A program made the translations under genes and the position numbers. A stretch of DNA of 64,000 nt from Nitrospirota bacterium (GTDB taxonomy: Bacteria; Nitrospirota; UBA9217): NCBI GenBank assembly GCA_963663225.1, contig OY760142.1:1952001-2016000 (forward strand). Reading direction: 5' to 3'. This document shows, piece after piece, positions 38,644 through 49,408 of this stretch. The notes under the pieces were generated by a model that saw nothing but the letters and a program-made list of their open reading frames with translations, was not told the origin of the DNA and ran no database searches. How positions within the stretch are numbered: position 1 is the stretch's first letter; every line of letters begins with the position of its first letter.

Positions 38644-40002
38644 ATGGCCTCTGAATCGTCGTACCAGAAAACAGTCAAGTATCTGTATGATCTTCAAAAG
38701 CACGGAATAAAGCTTTCATTATCAAACAGCCAGAAGCTCATGGATGTCCTGGGAGATCCTCACCGGAAATTTATTTCCGTGCATGTCGCCGGAACGAACG
38801 GCAAAGGGTCAACGGCTGCATTTCTGGCAAGCATTCTGGGTGCGGCTGGTTACCGCGTGGGGCTTTATACTTCGCCGCATCTGATTGATTTTACCGAACG
38901 GATAAGGGTCAACAATGTTCCGATATCCGAGGACGCAGTGATAAGGCTGACGCAGCACGTAAGGAGCCTCGGCAATCTTGGAGAGTCGGGAGAAAACACA
39001 TACGGGCTGAACCCCACGTTTTTTGAAGTGACGACTGCCCTTGCTTTCGCATATTTTGCTGAGCAAAAAATTGATATCGGCGTGATTGAAGTGGGGATGG
39101 GGGGACGGCTTGACGCCACGAATGTCATTACCCCGCTGGTGTCGGTGATTACGAACATCGATCTGGAACACCAGGAATTTCTCGGAACGACGCTGGGACT
39201 GATCGCGCAGGAAAAAGCGGGCATAATAAAGACCGGTATCCCCGTGGTCACGGGCGCGGTTCAGACTGAAGCAATTGATGTCATAGAAAGTACGGCGGCA
39301 GCGAAGCAGGCTCCGGTCCATCGGTTATGGGTTGATTTCAAACCCAAAAATACCGAACCGGGTCCTCCACAGGTTTTTGACTACCAGGGGGAGGGCACTT
39401 TTTACCGAGGTCTGCGTATCGGCATGCTTGGCGCATATCAAGTGGAAAACGCGTGCCTCGCTGTCCGGACGATCGAGCGCCTTCAAAATGCAGGCATGCT
39501 GATCGATGAGGCTGCCGTGCGTCGCGGACTCGAACAGGCGCGCTGGGAAGGAAGAATGGAGCGGGTAGGAACACACCCGGCAGTCTACCTGGACGGTGCA
39601 CACAATCCGGCATCGGCAAAAAAACTCGCGGAAACGGTCCGACAGATAAAAGGATCCTTTCAACGGATTATTCTGGTTATCGGCGTTCTTGGCGATAAAG
39701 ACTACCGGAGCATGGTCACGGAAATTGTTCCTTTGGCGGACCACGTGGTGGCGACCAGGCCTCAGTACGCACGGGCGTTGGATCCGGAGCAGCTTGAACA
39801 AGAAATAAAAAAACTGCATAATTCTGTCGAGAGAACGGACAGCATTCAGTGTGCGATTAAGAAGGCAATGCATAGTGCTTCGCCCGGCGATCTCGTGCTT
39901 ATTACCGGTTCGCTCTATGTGGTGGGAGAAGCGCGGGCTCTTTTTCCTGCCGGTGTTTCCGGCGCAAACCGATCGGGTGCGCTGGCGGGATTGAAGGGCT
40001 GA
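38644..40002 (+). CDS. folC: Folylpolyglutamate synthase/dihydrofolate synthase
   Basis: HVAGTNGKGST, YTSPHL, EVGMGGRLDATN, DGAHN, GSLYVVG. Start at 38623 or 38644. Confidence 0.95.
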   Translation: MASESSYQKTVKYLYDLQKHGIKLSLSNSQKLMDVLGDPHRKFISVHVAGTNGKGSTAAFLASILGAAGYRVGLYTSPHLIDFTERIRVNNVPISEDAVIRLTQHVRSLGNLGESGENTYGLNPTFFEVTTALAFAYFAEQKIDIGVIEVGMGGRLDATNVITPLVSVITNIDLEHQEFLGTTLGLIAQEKAGIIKTGIPVVTGAVQTEAIDVIESTAAAKQAPVHRLWVDFKPKNTEPGPPQVFDYQGEGTFYRGLRIGMLGAYQVENACLAVRTIERLQNAGMLIDEAAVRRGLEQARWEGRMERVGTHPAVYLDGAHNPASAKKLAETVRQIKGSFQRIILVIGVLGDKDYRSMVTEIVPLADHVVATRPQYARALDPEQLEQEIKKLHNSVERTDSIQCAIKKAMHSASPGDLVLITGSLYVVGEARALFPAGVSGANRSGALAGLKG

Positions 40003-40014
40003 AAAAACGGATCC

Positions 40015-42123
40015 ATGATGAATAGAAAAAACATCGAGATGCTGATCACTAATATGAAAAACATACCCTTCGGCATTCTTTTTTTGCTTGTGCTCGCCGG
40101 ACTGTTTTGTCTCCCCCGGCTTGCTGTAAGTCAGGAATTTTCAAAGGCAGGTCCTGTCGCGATAACCGCCGACAAGCTTGATTATGATCGTATCGCGGAT
40201 GTCTACACCGCTGCAGGGCATGTTAAAATCGAGTACGAGGGCATGCGGCTTGAAGCAGACAAAGTAGTATTGAACAATAAAACAGGCGAAGCCATGGCCG
40301 AAGGCAAGGTGTTCCTGCAGGATAAAGGAGACTCCACCCGGGCCGACAGCCTGCAAGTGAATATTAATACGCGGTCCGGCGTCATGTACAAAGGTGAGAT
40401 TTTCAAACAGAAAGAGAATCTTCACGTAAAGGGAGACGTGATAGAGCGGCGGTCGGAAACCGTTTATCATGTAGAAAAAGGCGCAATCACGACCTGCGAT
40501 GAAAACGAATGGTATCTGAAGGCGAGCGAGCTTGATGTCGACATGGACCGGTACGCCACCGCAAAGGGCGTATCTTTTAACATGTTGGGGCTGCCGATGT
40601 TTTATACCCCCTACTTTCTCTTCCCGGTAAAAAGGCAGACCGGATTTCTGGTCCCCATGGTCGGCAACAGCAGTCTTGACGGTTTCAGTATTCAAAATGC
40701 GTTTTTCTGGGCGATATCAGACTACAAGGATATGACGGTCTATTCTGATTACCGGGCTAACACAGGGCACGGTACGGGCCTAGAATTCCGATATATGAAT
40801 TCCATAGAATCATCCGGCCAGATTTACGGAAAATTTTGGAACATGTTTCGTACAAGCGAAATCCGCGATGCACGGTTTGGACATGAGACAAATGAATCAC
40901 GATGGGAACTTCTGCTGAAACACCGCGAAGAATTTACGGAGGACTTTTCAGGAAGCCTCGATGTTAACCTTGTGAGTGATCAGCATTATTACTACGATCT
41001 TGATAAACAGCTGGAAAAAAAGTCCAGGCCCTACCTTGACTCGAATGTTTTTTTCACGGAGCGATGGAACACCTCGATACTGTACCTCTTAGGCCAGTAC
41101 TCTACGGACCTTACACAGTCCAATCGCAACACGATTCAGAAACTGCCGGAGATCCGGTATACAATGTTTGCGGAGCCGCTGTTCGGGCCTCTCTATTTCA
41201 ACTTCGATGGGTCGGCGGTCAATTTTGTGAGGCAGGAGGGGGACGGCTTGCGGCGGCTGGATTTAAATCCGAATTTTGCCGCGGTATTTGGAAGCAACGG
41301 CCTGAGCCTCATGCCCCGGGTGGGAGCGCGGGCAACACTGTATGATCGAAAGGATCCGAATGCTTCAACCGACACGGCAACAAACCGCTCCTATCTATAT
41401 GCCGGTGTAGATGCGAACGCCCGTATTTCGCGCATCTACGGCAGCGATCGGGAAGAAGGAATCGGAAAACTGAAGCACTCGATAGAACCGACCGTGTCGT
41501 ACACATACATTCCCCATACCAAGACGTCAGATATCCCGCGTTTTGATGCTGTTGATTCAGTGGTGTCTGCGAATACGGTAACAGTTTCATTGATCAACCG
41601 CGTTACGGCACACTACAAGGAAACTAAAGAAAATTCGAATATCACTAATTTTGACCTGCTTGTCTTTAAACTGTCGCAGGGCTACAACCTGACTGCCATG
41701 GACACAACAAGCCATCCCTCGGTTTTTCAGGGCGACTTGTATATCAATGCCCCCAAGTTTTTTTCCTTCTCAGGAACTGGAAGTTATTATCCCGATCTCG
41801 GCCATGCATCGCATACTGAAACTGCCAGCTTTACGACGGATTCTGTTAAACTCAATCTTTCGTACCAACACTCACGGTCGCTGCCACTGGCAACTTCCGG
41901 AGAATATCTTATTCTCGGAGGCGAATTAAAATTCGGTAAATGGAATTTTGCGGCAAACTACTCTCAGGATTTGGTGAATAATATTACAAACCAGATAGAA
42001 TACCGGGTGCGTTACAGTGCTCAATGCTGGGGAATTACTGCCGCATTTGTTCATTCTCCGGGCGAGTCTCGTTTTACGGCGATGCTGGACCTCAAAGGTC
42101 TTGGCGGCGGTTTTGCCAGATAA
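40015..42123 (+). CDS. lptD: LPS-assembly protein LptD
   Basis: Signal peptide, OstA-like N-domain, TTC, RQTGFLVP, beta-barrel, C-terminal QCW. Exact start uncertain. Confidence 0.88.
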   Translation: MMNRKNIEMLITNMKNIPFGILFLLVLAGLFCLPRLAVSQEFSKAGPVAITADKLDYDRIADVYTAAGHVKIEYEGMRLEADKVVLNNKTGEAMAEGKVFLQDKGDSTRADSLQVNINTRSGVMYKGEIFKQKENLHVKGDVIERRSETVYHVEKGAITTCDENEWYLKASELDVDMDRYATAKGVSFNMLGLPMFYTPYFLFPVKRQTGFLVPMVGNSSLDGFSIQNAFFWAISDYKDMTVYSDYRANTGHGTGLEFRYMNSIESSGQIYGKFWNMFRTSEIRDARFGHETNESRWELLLKHREEFTEDFSGSLDVNLVSDQHYYYDLDKQLEKKSRPYLDSNVFFTERWNTSILYLLGQYSTDLTQSNRNTIQKLPEIRYTMFAEPLFGPLYFNFDGSAVNFVRQEGDGLRRLDLNPNFAAVFGSNGLSLMPRVGARATLYDRKDPNASTDTATNRSYLYAGVDANARISRIYGSDREEGIGKLKHSIEPTVSYTYIPHTKTSDIPRFDAVDSVVSANTVTVSLINRVTAHYKETKENSNITNFDLLVFKLSQGYNLTAMDTTSHPSVFQGDLYINAPKFFSFSGTGSYYPDLGHASHTETASFTTDSVKLNLSYQHSRSLPLATSGEYLILGGELKFGKWNFAANYSQDLVNNITNQIEYRVRYSAQCWGITAAFVHSPGESRFTAMLDLKGLGGGFAR

Positions 42124-42147
42124 GAGGTAGCGAAGGAGGGGAAGTCT

Positions 42148-42468
42148 GTGTCTCATGAAGTTGTCGTACTGATTACTGCTGCGAATCAAGAAGAAGCCGC
42201 ACAAATCGGGACAACCCTCGTCCATGAACGTCTTGCCGCGTGCGTTAATATTGTACCCGCGGTGCGCTCCCTGTTTATCTGGAAAGGAACAATGCAGGAT
42301 GAACAGGAGACCCTTCTCCTCGTGAAAAGCAGACGACCTCTTATGGAGCAGCTTGCCGCGCGGGTGAAGTCCCTCCACTCTTATACAGTGCCTGAAGTGA
42401 TTGCCCTTCCCATTGTCAGTGGGTCCGAGGAATATCTAACATGGCTGAACGAATCAACGAAACCGTGA
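42148..42468 (+). CDS. cutA: Divalent-cation tolerance protein CutA
   Basis: LAACVNI, WKG, HSYTVPEVI. Confidence 0.94.
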   Translation: MSHEVVVLITAANQEEAAQIGTTLVHERLAACVNIVPAVRSLFIWKGTMQDEQETLLLVKSRRPLMEQLAARVKSLHSYTVPEVIALPIVSGSEEYLTWLNESTKP

Positions 42469-42754
42469 AAGCGGAGTTGAGGCTTCCAGTCACCCCTATC
42501 AGGAACCGCTAAAGTTCTCTTCGCGTGTACCGAAAAGAATATTATAACAGCCAGATAGATGACAGTTTTTTGCAAAAAAAATTGTTTGTTTATTATATTT
42601 TTTTTGGTTATTCTATATATTGATACTTTAAAACAAAACATACAATGTGTTGTGGGATATCAGTGCGGATAGTAGGTAGAAAGTAAGAAAATATTGACAT
42701 TTACCAGCTGTTTATGATAGCTTTAATTGGTTATTTGCGTTTTTTGGAGGATTG

Positions 42755-43690
42755 ATGATCGCAAGAAAGCCAAGAAATAATAAGAAAAAAGAATATTTTA
42801 CCTTTATGTTCCTGCCCGGCCCGAACAAGCGGGTGCGTACACTCAGCATATCCAAATCTGTTCTTAAGAGCGTGGTTCTTTCTTTTCTGGGCGTCTTGGT
42901 GTTTTCAAGCTACCTTATTTACGAGTACAATGATGTAAAAGATAAAGTGTGGGAACTGCAGACTGTTCGTGAAGAGTTAATGCAGCAAAAGGCGCAGGTG
43001 CAGGGTTTTGCGCTCAACATGCTGGATTACAAACGACAGATGTTCTTGCTCAGAGATTTGGACACAAAACTTCGCCGAGCCGTAAGCCTGGGCCCGAGGG
43101 ACAAAGCTCAGCAGGTGCTGGGTATTGGAGGCCCTGATGAACTTGGTTTGCACAACCTGGCTTCACTTGGCGAAAAAAAGCAGGAAGAAGCGCTTAAGGA
43201 AATGCACCAGGAGTTGACGCAGCTCAAGGGTGCCGCTGCAAAACAGGAAACAAGCCTCCAGATGCTCATCGAATATTTCGAAGATAAACGCTCATTATAT
43301 GCATCCACGCCATCCATATGGCCGGTGCGCGGTTGGGTAACGTCTCCTTTTGGCAGCAGAACCTCGCCGTTCAGCGGAATACTTAAATTCCACGAAGGCA
43401 TTGATATTGCCGCCCAGACGGGAACGCCGGTCATGGCGCCCGCGGATGGCGTTGTGATGAAGGCCGGTTTTACCAGCGGTTATGGAAATGTGGTTGAGAT
43501 CAGTCACGGGTATGGTATTAAAACAGTATATGCCCATAACTCACGTTTGCATGTCAAAGAAGGACAGCGGGTCAAGCGTGGAGATGTTATTTGTTATGTA
43601 GGGGACACGGGTTCCAGCACGGGGCCGCATCTCCACTATGAGGTCCGCTTGAATGGTTTGCCGGTAAATCCTGTAAAATATATGAATTAA
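42755..43690 (+). CDS. M23 family metallopeptidase with coiled-coil
   Basis: TM, coiled coil, HEGID, YAH, STGPHLHYEV. Confidence 0.92.
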   Translation: MIARKPRNNKKKEYFTFMFLPGPNKRVRTLSISKSVLKSVVLSFLGVLVFSSYLIYEYNDVKDKVWELQTVREELMQQKAQVQGFALNMLDYKRQMFLLRDLDTKLRRAVSLGPRDKAQQVLGIGGPDELGLHNLASLGEKKQEEALKEMHQELTQLKGAAAKQETSLQMLIEYFEDKRSLYASTPSIWPVRGWVTSPFGSRTSPFSGILKFHEGIDIAAQTGTPVMAPADGVVMKAGFTSGYGNVVEISHGYGIKTVYAHNSRLHVKEGQRVKRGDVICYVGDTGSSTGPHLHYEVRLNGLPVNPVKYMN

Positions 43691-43880
43691 GAAGTACAGA
43701 ATCGAACATCCATCCTCTTCAGATTATCACCGCTATTCATGATTGCATAAACTCTTAACAGTAGCCGGGGATAGAGCGTAATCAAGAACTATACGCTTAT
43801 CCCTTAACTATATCGATTCCGCAGGAGTGGCAAAACACGGGTCATTGCCTTCGGAAACTGGCAAGGAGGGGGTTGGCATT

Positions 43881-44087
43881 ATGTCTACAGGGAAAGTGAA
43901 GTGGTTCAATGAGTCAAAAGGATATGGGTTTATCGAACCGGATGGAGGTGGACGCGATGTGTTTGTGCACTTCTCGGCAATTCAGGGAGATGGATACAAA
44001 ACACTTTCGGAAGGGCAGGCGGTTGAATTTGAAGTAATCCAGGGCGAGAAAGGCCCTCAAGCATCAAATGTATTAAAGGCATCCTGA
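43881..44087 (+). CDS. cspA: Cold-shock protein
   Basis: GKVKWFN..KGYGFI and [18 protein letters not shown]. Paralog identity cannot be resolved. Confidence 0.93.
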   Translation: MSTGKVKWFNESKGYGFIEPDGGGRDVFVHFSAIQGDGYKTLSEGQAVEFEVIQGEKGPQASNVLKAS

Positions 44088-44154
44088 TCGTTTTTCCCGA
44101 CGATATGCCTATACTTTATGGGAACTGTGGCCCGGTTACCTGCGTACATAATTT

Positions 44155-44190
44155 AAACCCCGAAGATTCTTTCGCTCTTCGGGGTTTTTT
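44155..44190 (+). terminator. Rho-independent terminator between the convergent csp and arsR genes
   Basis: AAACCCCGAAGA/TCTTCGGGGTTT stem plus T6. Confidence 0.85.
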
Positions 44191-44255
44191 GTGCGCTTGG
44201 CCTAAGCTTTTGCTGTCAACAGATACCAAACAGAAAACATTAGTTGTCTTGTTCG

Positions 44256-44588
44256 TCAGACGCCTGCAACAACTTTTCTCTTTGCGGCATGCTGTTCAAA
44301 AAGTACTTCCTTCATCAGGGTGCACGCATCAATGACTTTTACGTTGGCAACCCGATAAAAGATATTCACCCCTTCCCGCCGTGTGGTCAAAATACCTTTG
44401 TGCCGCATAACAGCAAGATGCTGAGAGACATTTGCCTTTGATGCTCCGAGCGCTTCCACCAGCTCTGTGACCGTTTTCTCATGGTGCTTCAGGACGCTTA
44501 ATATTTCTATTCTCTTGGGATTCGTGAGGGTTTTGCAGAGCTCGGCCTGCATTTCGTATATCGCCTTGTCAGTCAAAATATTTTTCAT
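44256..44588 (-). CDS. ArsR/SmtB family transcriptional regulator
   Basis: K.L.NPKRIEIL, VSQHLAVMR..G, RREG..IFY. Two Cys (ELC, DAC) as in BigR/SqrR-like members. Confidence 0.9.
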   Translation of the reverse strand: MKNILTDKAIYEMQAELCKTLTNPKRIEILSVLKHHEKTVTELVEALGASKANVSQHLAVMRHKGILTTRREGVNIFYRVANVKVIDACTLMKEVLFEQHAAKRKVVAGV

Positions 44589-44819
44589 GGAGACTTTTTA
44601 CACTTACCGGGTACATTTGTCAAGCAACAAATAGCCAAATAGAAGGTCGTTTTTAATCTGGAATTCCCGGTATGAACAGCATCAATCGAAACGTAAACAC
44701 AAGGTAAGCAATGACCTTTTTCGTACGAATAGACAACGATTATTTGCTTGAATTCCCCGGTAAAAATGATAATATCAAAATGCTGATAATGTCACAAGTG
44801 TTATATGGAGAGAAAATAG

Positions 44820-47456
44820 ATGATAGGCGGTATTCTAAAAAAAGTATTTGGCACGCAGAATGATAGAGAACTGAAACGAATTCAAGCGTACGTTGAGAAG
44901 ATCAATGCTCTCGATTCTGAATTTTCACGTCTGACTGATGCGGACTTGCGGGGCAAGACCGATGAATACAAGAAACGGCTGCAGCAGGGAGAAACGCTCA
45001 CGGATCTTCTTCCCGAAGCATTTGCCGCGGTGCGTGAGGTTTCGAGGCGGACGCTCGGTATGCGCCATTTTGACTCTCAGCTTGTGGGCGGCATTGTGCT
45101 GCATGAAGGCAAAATCGCCGAGATGAAAACCGGTGAAGGCAAGACGCTTGTCGCCACTCTTCCTGTCTACCTGAACAGCCTGACGGGCAAAGGGGTGCAT
45201 GTGGTTACCGTGAATGATTATCTCGCCCGGCGCGATGCACAGTGGATGGGGCCCGTTTACCAGTTCCTCGGCCTCTCCGTGGGGGTGATCGTCCACGGAC
45301 TTGAAGACGAAGAACGCCAGCAGGCCTATGGGTCTGATGTGACCTACGGCACCAACAACGAATTCGGTTTTGATTATCTGCGCGACAATATGAAATTTGA
45401 CCTCAAGGATTATGTCCAGCGCGAATTGAACTTTGCCATTGTCGACGAAGTGGATTCCATCCTGATTGACGAAGCCCGGACCCCGCTCATCATTTCCGGT
45501 CCGGCGGAAGATTCAACCGACAAATATTATAAAATAAACCGCATTATTCCGAGCCTTAAAAAAGATACCGACTACACGATTGAAGAAAAAACCAAGACCG
45601 TGGCGCTGACCGAAGACGGCAATATTAAGGTAGAGCGCATGATCGGTGCGGGGAATCTGTATGATCCGGCAAACGTGGAACTCGTGCACCATGTACACCA
45701 GGCGCTGAAAGCGCACGCGCTGTTTCACCGCGACGTGGATTACGTCGTCAAGGATGACCAGGTCCTGATTGTTGATGAGTTTACCGGCAGACTCATGCCC
45801 GGCAGGCGCTGGAGCGACGGCCTCCATCAGGCCATCGAAGCCAAGGAAAATGTCAAGATCGAGAATGAGAACCAGACATTGGCATCGATTACGTTCCAGA
45901 ATTACTTCCGGTTGTATAACAAGCTTGCTGGAATGACAGGCACTGCGGAGACGGAGTCCGCGGAGTTTGCAAAGATTTACAACCTCGACGTGCTGGTGAT
46001 TCCCACCAACATGCCGATGATTCGGGCGGACAATCCCGACTTTATATACAAGAGCGAGACAGGAAAGTTCAACGCGGCCATCAACGAGATCGAGGAGCGG
46101 CATAAAAACGGCCAGCCCATGCTGGTTGGCACGATCACCATCTCCAAGTCCGAGATACTTTCCGCGATGCTCAAGAAAAAGGGCATCAAACATACGGTGC
46201 TGAATGCCAAATATCATGAGATGGAAGCCGAGATTGTGGCGCAGGCAGGCCGATATGGTGCCGTTACCATTGCGACAAACATGGCGGGCCGCGGAACGGA
46301 CATCATTCTCGGCGGCAATCCCGAAGGGCTTGCGCGCCAAATGCTGAAAGGCAAGGAATATACCGCGGAAGAATGGAACGCAACGCTTTCTTCGCTGAAA
46401 GACCAGTGTGCTGCAGAAAAAGAGAAAGTAAAAGTCGCGGGTGGCCTTCATATTCTGGGTACTGAGCGGCATGAGGCGCGGCGCATCGACAACCAGTTGC
46501 GCGGACGGTCCGGCCGTCAGGGAGACCCCGGGTCATCGCGATTCTACCTTTCTCTTGAAGACGATCTGCTCCGTATCTTCGGGGCCGACCGGATCAAGGG
46601 ACTTATGAGCCGGCTCGGCATGGAGGAAGACGTTCCTATTGAGCATGGCATGGTGTCCCGTACCATTGAAAATAATCAAAAGAAGGTGGAGAACCACAAC
46701 TTCGAGATACGAAAACATATTCTTGAATACGACGACGTGATGAACCAGCAGCGTAAAGTCATCTATGAACAACGGCGCCAGATTCTCGGTGGTGAAGATC
46801 TTAAGGAAGAAGTTCTCGGACTTGCAGAAGACATGCTCGAAGGCATGCTCGGATTCTACTGCCCCGAAGACGCCTACCCGGAGACGTGGGATATCACGGG
46901 CCTGCGGGACGCGCTCGCAGCCAAGTTTTCCTATCGTATGACGGATATAGACCCGCAATCTATGGAGCGCGGCGAATTATACGAAAAACTTTGGGAGGCG
47001 GTCAAACAGAGTTATGACGCCAAAGAGCAGCAGATCGGCACCGAGTTGATGCGGCATTTAGAGAAAGTCTTTATGCTCCAGGCAGTGGATCAGCAGTGGA
47101 AAGACCACCTCCTTGCCATGGACCATTTAAAAGAGGGGATCGGGCTGAGGGGCTATGGCCAGAAAGACCCCCTGATAGAATATAAAAAAGAGGGCTTCGA
47201 GATGTTCGAAGAAATGAAGCTGCGCATCGTGGAATCTACGGTGGAGAACCTCTTCCGCATCAAGGCTGCTGCAAAAGAACAGAGCCAGGAAATCGAACGG
47301 CGCCAGCGGCGTCAGATGGAGAAACTGAGCTTTGTCGGTTCCGGCGACGCAGCCCCGCAACCGGCCCAGCCTGTCCATGCAGGCCAAAAAGTCGGCAGAA
47401 ACGACCCCTGCCCCTGCGGGAGTGGTCTGAAGTACAAAAAGTGCCACGGAAAATGA
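44820..47456 (+). CDS. secA: Preprotein translocase subunit SecA
   Basis: [39 protein letters not shown]-terminal [18 protein letters not shown]. Confidence 0.98.
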   Translation: MIGGILKKVFGTQNDRELKRIQAYVEKINALDSEFSRLTDADLRGKTDEYKKRLQQGETLTDLLPEAFAAVREVSRRTLGMRHFDSQLVGGIVLHEGKIAEMKTGEGKTLVATLPVYLNSLTGKGVHVVTVNDYLARRDAQWMGPVYQFLGLSVGVIVHGLEDEERQQAYGSDVTYGTNNEFGFDYLRDNMKFDLKDYVQRELNFAIVDEVDSILIDEARTPLIISGPAEDSTDKYYKINRIIPSLKKDTDYTIEEKTKTVALTEDGNIKVERMIGAGNLYDPANVELVHHVHQALKAHALFHRDVDYVVKDDQVLIVDEFTGRLMPGRRWSDGLHQAIEAKENVKIENENQTLASITFQNYFRLYNKLAGMTGTAETESAEFAKIYNLDVLVIPTNMPMIRADNPDFIYKSETGKFNAAINEIEERHKNGQPMLVGTITISKSEILSAMLKKKGIKHTVLNAKYHEMEAEIVAQAGRYGAVTIATNMAGRGTDIILGGNPEGLARQMLKGKEYTAEEWNATLSSLKDQCAAEKEKVKVAGGLHILGTERHEARRIDNQLRGRSGRQGDPGSSRFYLSLEDDLLRIFGADRIKGLMSRLGMEEDVPIEHGMVSRTIENNQKKVENHNFEIRKHILEYDDVMNQQRKVIYEQRRQILGGEDLKEEVLGLAEDMLEGMLGFYCPEDAYPETWDITGLRDALAAKFSYRMTDIDPQSMERGELYEKLWEAVKQSYDAKEQQIGTELMRHLEKVFMLQAVDQQWKDHLLAMDHLKEGIGLRGYGQKDPLIEYKKEGFEMFEEMKLRIVESTVENLFRIKAAAKEQSQEIERRQRRQMEKLSFVGSGDAAPQPAQPVHAGQKVGRNDPCPCGSGLKYKKCHGK

Positions 47457-47495
47457 ACTGATAGTAAGATGATCGTTTTATGACATTGACTTTTC

Positions 47496-47529
47496 AATGC
47501 GGTCCCCATGTTCGGAGGCCGCATTTTTT
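47496..47529 (+). terminator. Rho-independent terminator after secA
   Basis: AATGCGG/CCGCATT stem followed by a T-run. Confidence 0.7.
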
Positions 47530-47868
47530 GTTTGCGGGGCTTTACAGAGCGTCTGGTTTCATTTCTTGGTCTTACTAACCTCCGTAAATCATCATATATT
47601 GTGCGCAGCGGGGAATAAGATAAGGATTCTTTTATGAAAAGGGACCTCTCTGTATTATTCCTATTACAGGTTCCGGCGTTGGCGTTCAGTGGTAACTAAA
47701 ACGTTCGATGTCGCACAGGGTAGACCATTGCCAATCTTTTATGTGTAAAGCCATAAATACTTGTAGATTATAGGATGCCTTTGTTGTATAATTAAATAAC
47801 ATTACGATACGAACTTTTTGGATTGCATCTGATCTGATATCCGATCCGCCTGAGCCTGGGGGTGTGAC

Positions 47869-48051
47869 ATGTTTATACCGCTAGAGCAGTGCCAAATCTA
47901 CAAGGATGGTCAATGGATTACGGTGGCAGCTTCGGACTGCATGTGTTTCACCTGCGATGCTCCGTGTTCTCCTTGTGAAAAAGACTGTCCGGGGCCGACG
48001 AAGGAATGTAAAAAGAAACAAGACGCAGTAAAAAACGGCAGGCTTCCTTGA
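47869..48051 (+). CDS. Small cysteine-rich protein (60 aa, 8 Cys)
   Basis: ATG after GGGGGTG, upstream TATAAT, CxCxxCxxxCxxCxxxC cluster. Confidence 0.55.
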   Translation: MFIPLEQCQIYKDGQWITVAASDCMCFTCDAPCSPCEKDCPGPTKECKKKQDAVKNGRLP

Positions 48052-48210
48052 TTTTATTTACAAACGGAGCTAAAGAAACCGAAGAAAATGCAGCTAAGAT
48101 AACTGCGGAGCTTTTCGCCGACGTTCTTTCAACTTTGGGTACGAATCTCACCTGGACACCGGCATGTGTGCATAGATTTCGACCACCGGTGTCTTATTAT
48201 GGAGGTGACG

Positions 48211-48681
48211 ATGATATCGCCGATCGGACCACCTGCTAGCCTGTTTTCCTACTTTCAGACCGATGCTGTTGCCAGGAACAAGTCAGCTTCCCCCGCAGAT
48301 ACTATGGCTGTTCAGGCCTCCGCGGATTCAGAAAAAACCGCAGCCATAGGCCCGAACGAGTGCAAAACCTGAGCGTCGAGAAAGTACAAGGATCGGTCAA
48401 ATGATCCTTCCGTTTCGTTTCAGACGCCGACGTCGGTAGCCCCTGAACTTGCCGCGAGTGCTGTGCGCGCCCATGAGCAGGAGCATGTTCAGCACAATGC
48501 ATTAAAAGCAGAGAGCGCCGGTATGAAAGCGACCTCAATCGTACAGATACATACCGCCGTATGTCCTGAGTGCGGCAGAATTTATGTGTCTGGGGGGACC
48601 ACTATCACGACCTTTTCACCTGACCAATCCTTCACTCCAACGGACTCTTCCAACGGAATGCTCGTCAATATCCGCGTATGA
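48211..48681 (+). CDS. Putative selenoprotein (156 aa) with CxxU, HExxH and CxxC motifs, function unknown
   Basis: GGAGGTG RBS. The ORF-track pieces 48166-48372 and 48463-48681 are in one frame, separated only by TGA 48370-48372 (ECKT-U). SECIS-like hairpin downstream. Confidence 0.78.
48388..48409 (+). promoter_or_regulatory. Candidate bacterial SECIS element
   Basis: AAGGATC-GGTCAAAT-GATCCTT. The stem starts 15 nt after the UGA and the loop begins GGUC. Confidence 0.65.
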
Positions 48682-49021
48682 GCGCGGCAGCGTCCTGTGT
48701 CACGAGATGCATCCATCGGGTTCCAAGTATCTCACACGTGTTTACAAATTGAATTGCCTGGAAAAATAACCTGCCTGTTGCAGGCAAATCTTCTTCTCAA
48801 CAATATGCACGGACGTCTTCATGAGTTGAGCTTCTTGAGCCCTGCAGGGCGGGCGGAGGGTTTTGCCGACTTGCGGACTTTTATGTCTGATACGAAAATA
48901 TTATGTAGAATCTGTTTTAAAATACTGATAGACTTGTTGCCGAAGATGCATAATAGCCGCTATGCTTTTTACACGGAACCTATTTGAATTCTCATTATTT
49001 ACTATGACGGGGAGGCAAGGC

Positions 49022-49384
49022 ATGTTTGGGATGGGAGCCATGGAGTCTATCGCGATTATTCTGCTGGTTGTGCTGATAGGGGCCGCAATCTGGTTGACTT
49101 TTTTCCTTAAAAAAAAATATCCGAACAATATCTGGATTGGGTTTATTCTCAGTTTTTTGCTGCCTCCCATCGGTCAGTTGTACATCGCGGGGGCGCTGCC
49201 ATGGATCACCGCTTTATTTGTCTGCTACGTTTTTTTTCAGGGCTTTCGCATAACGATAGCCACGGCATGGCTGTTGACCGCGGCGGTTTCGGGCATAATC
49301 ATGTGTTATAGACTGCTCCAGCAAAAGAAATCACCGGAGAATTCACCGGTGAAATTGCCAGCGAAAAAAAGCAAAAAAAAATAG
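49022..49384 (+). CDS. Hypothetical membrane protein (about 4 TM)
   Basis: GGGAGG RBS, hydrophobic segments, basic tail. Confidence 0.7.
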   Translation: MFGMGAMESIAIILLVVLIGAAIWLTFFLKKKYPNNIWIGFILSFLLPPIGQLYIAGALPWITALFVCYVFFQGFRITIATAWLLTAAVSGIIMCYRLLQQKKSPENSPVKLPAKKSKKK

Positions 49385-49408
49385 GGTGTGCCGATTATGG
49401 AGTTGATA

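Noticed and set aside
43762-43880. Hairpins in the csp 5' leader as a novel RNA
   Set aside because: Long structured 5' UTRs are an established feature of cold-shock genes.
45513-46472. 319-aa antisense ORF within secA, and similar long antisense ORFs within rpsA, the DinG helicase, livH and the MBL genes
   Set aside because: These are shadow frames of well-supported genes, with no recognisable motifs or RBS.
48049-48110. Possible Sec readthrough of the TGA ending the 8-Cys peptide
   Set aside because: No hairpin follows, the TGA is not in a CxxU/UxxC context, and the extension stops after 16 codons.
48048-48239. 63-aa ORF bridging the Cys-rich peptide and the CxxU gene
   Set aside because: TTG start, no recognisable features, and it overlaps the RBS and start of the better-supported gene.
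48697-48987. 96-aa ORF after the CxxU gene
   Set aside because: No RBS and atypical composition. It spans what looks like the promoter region of the next gene.
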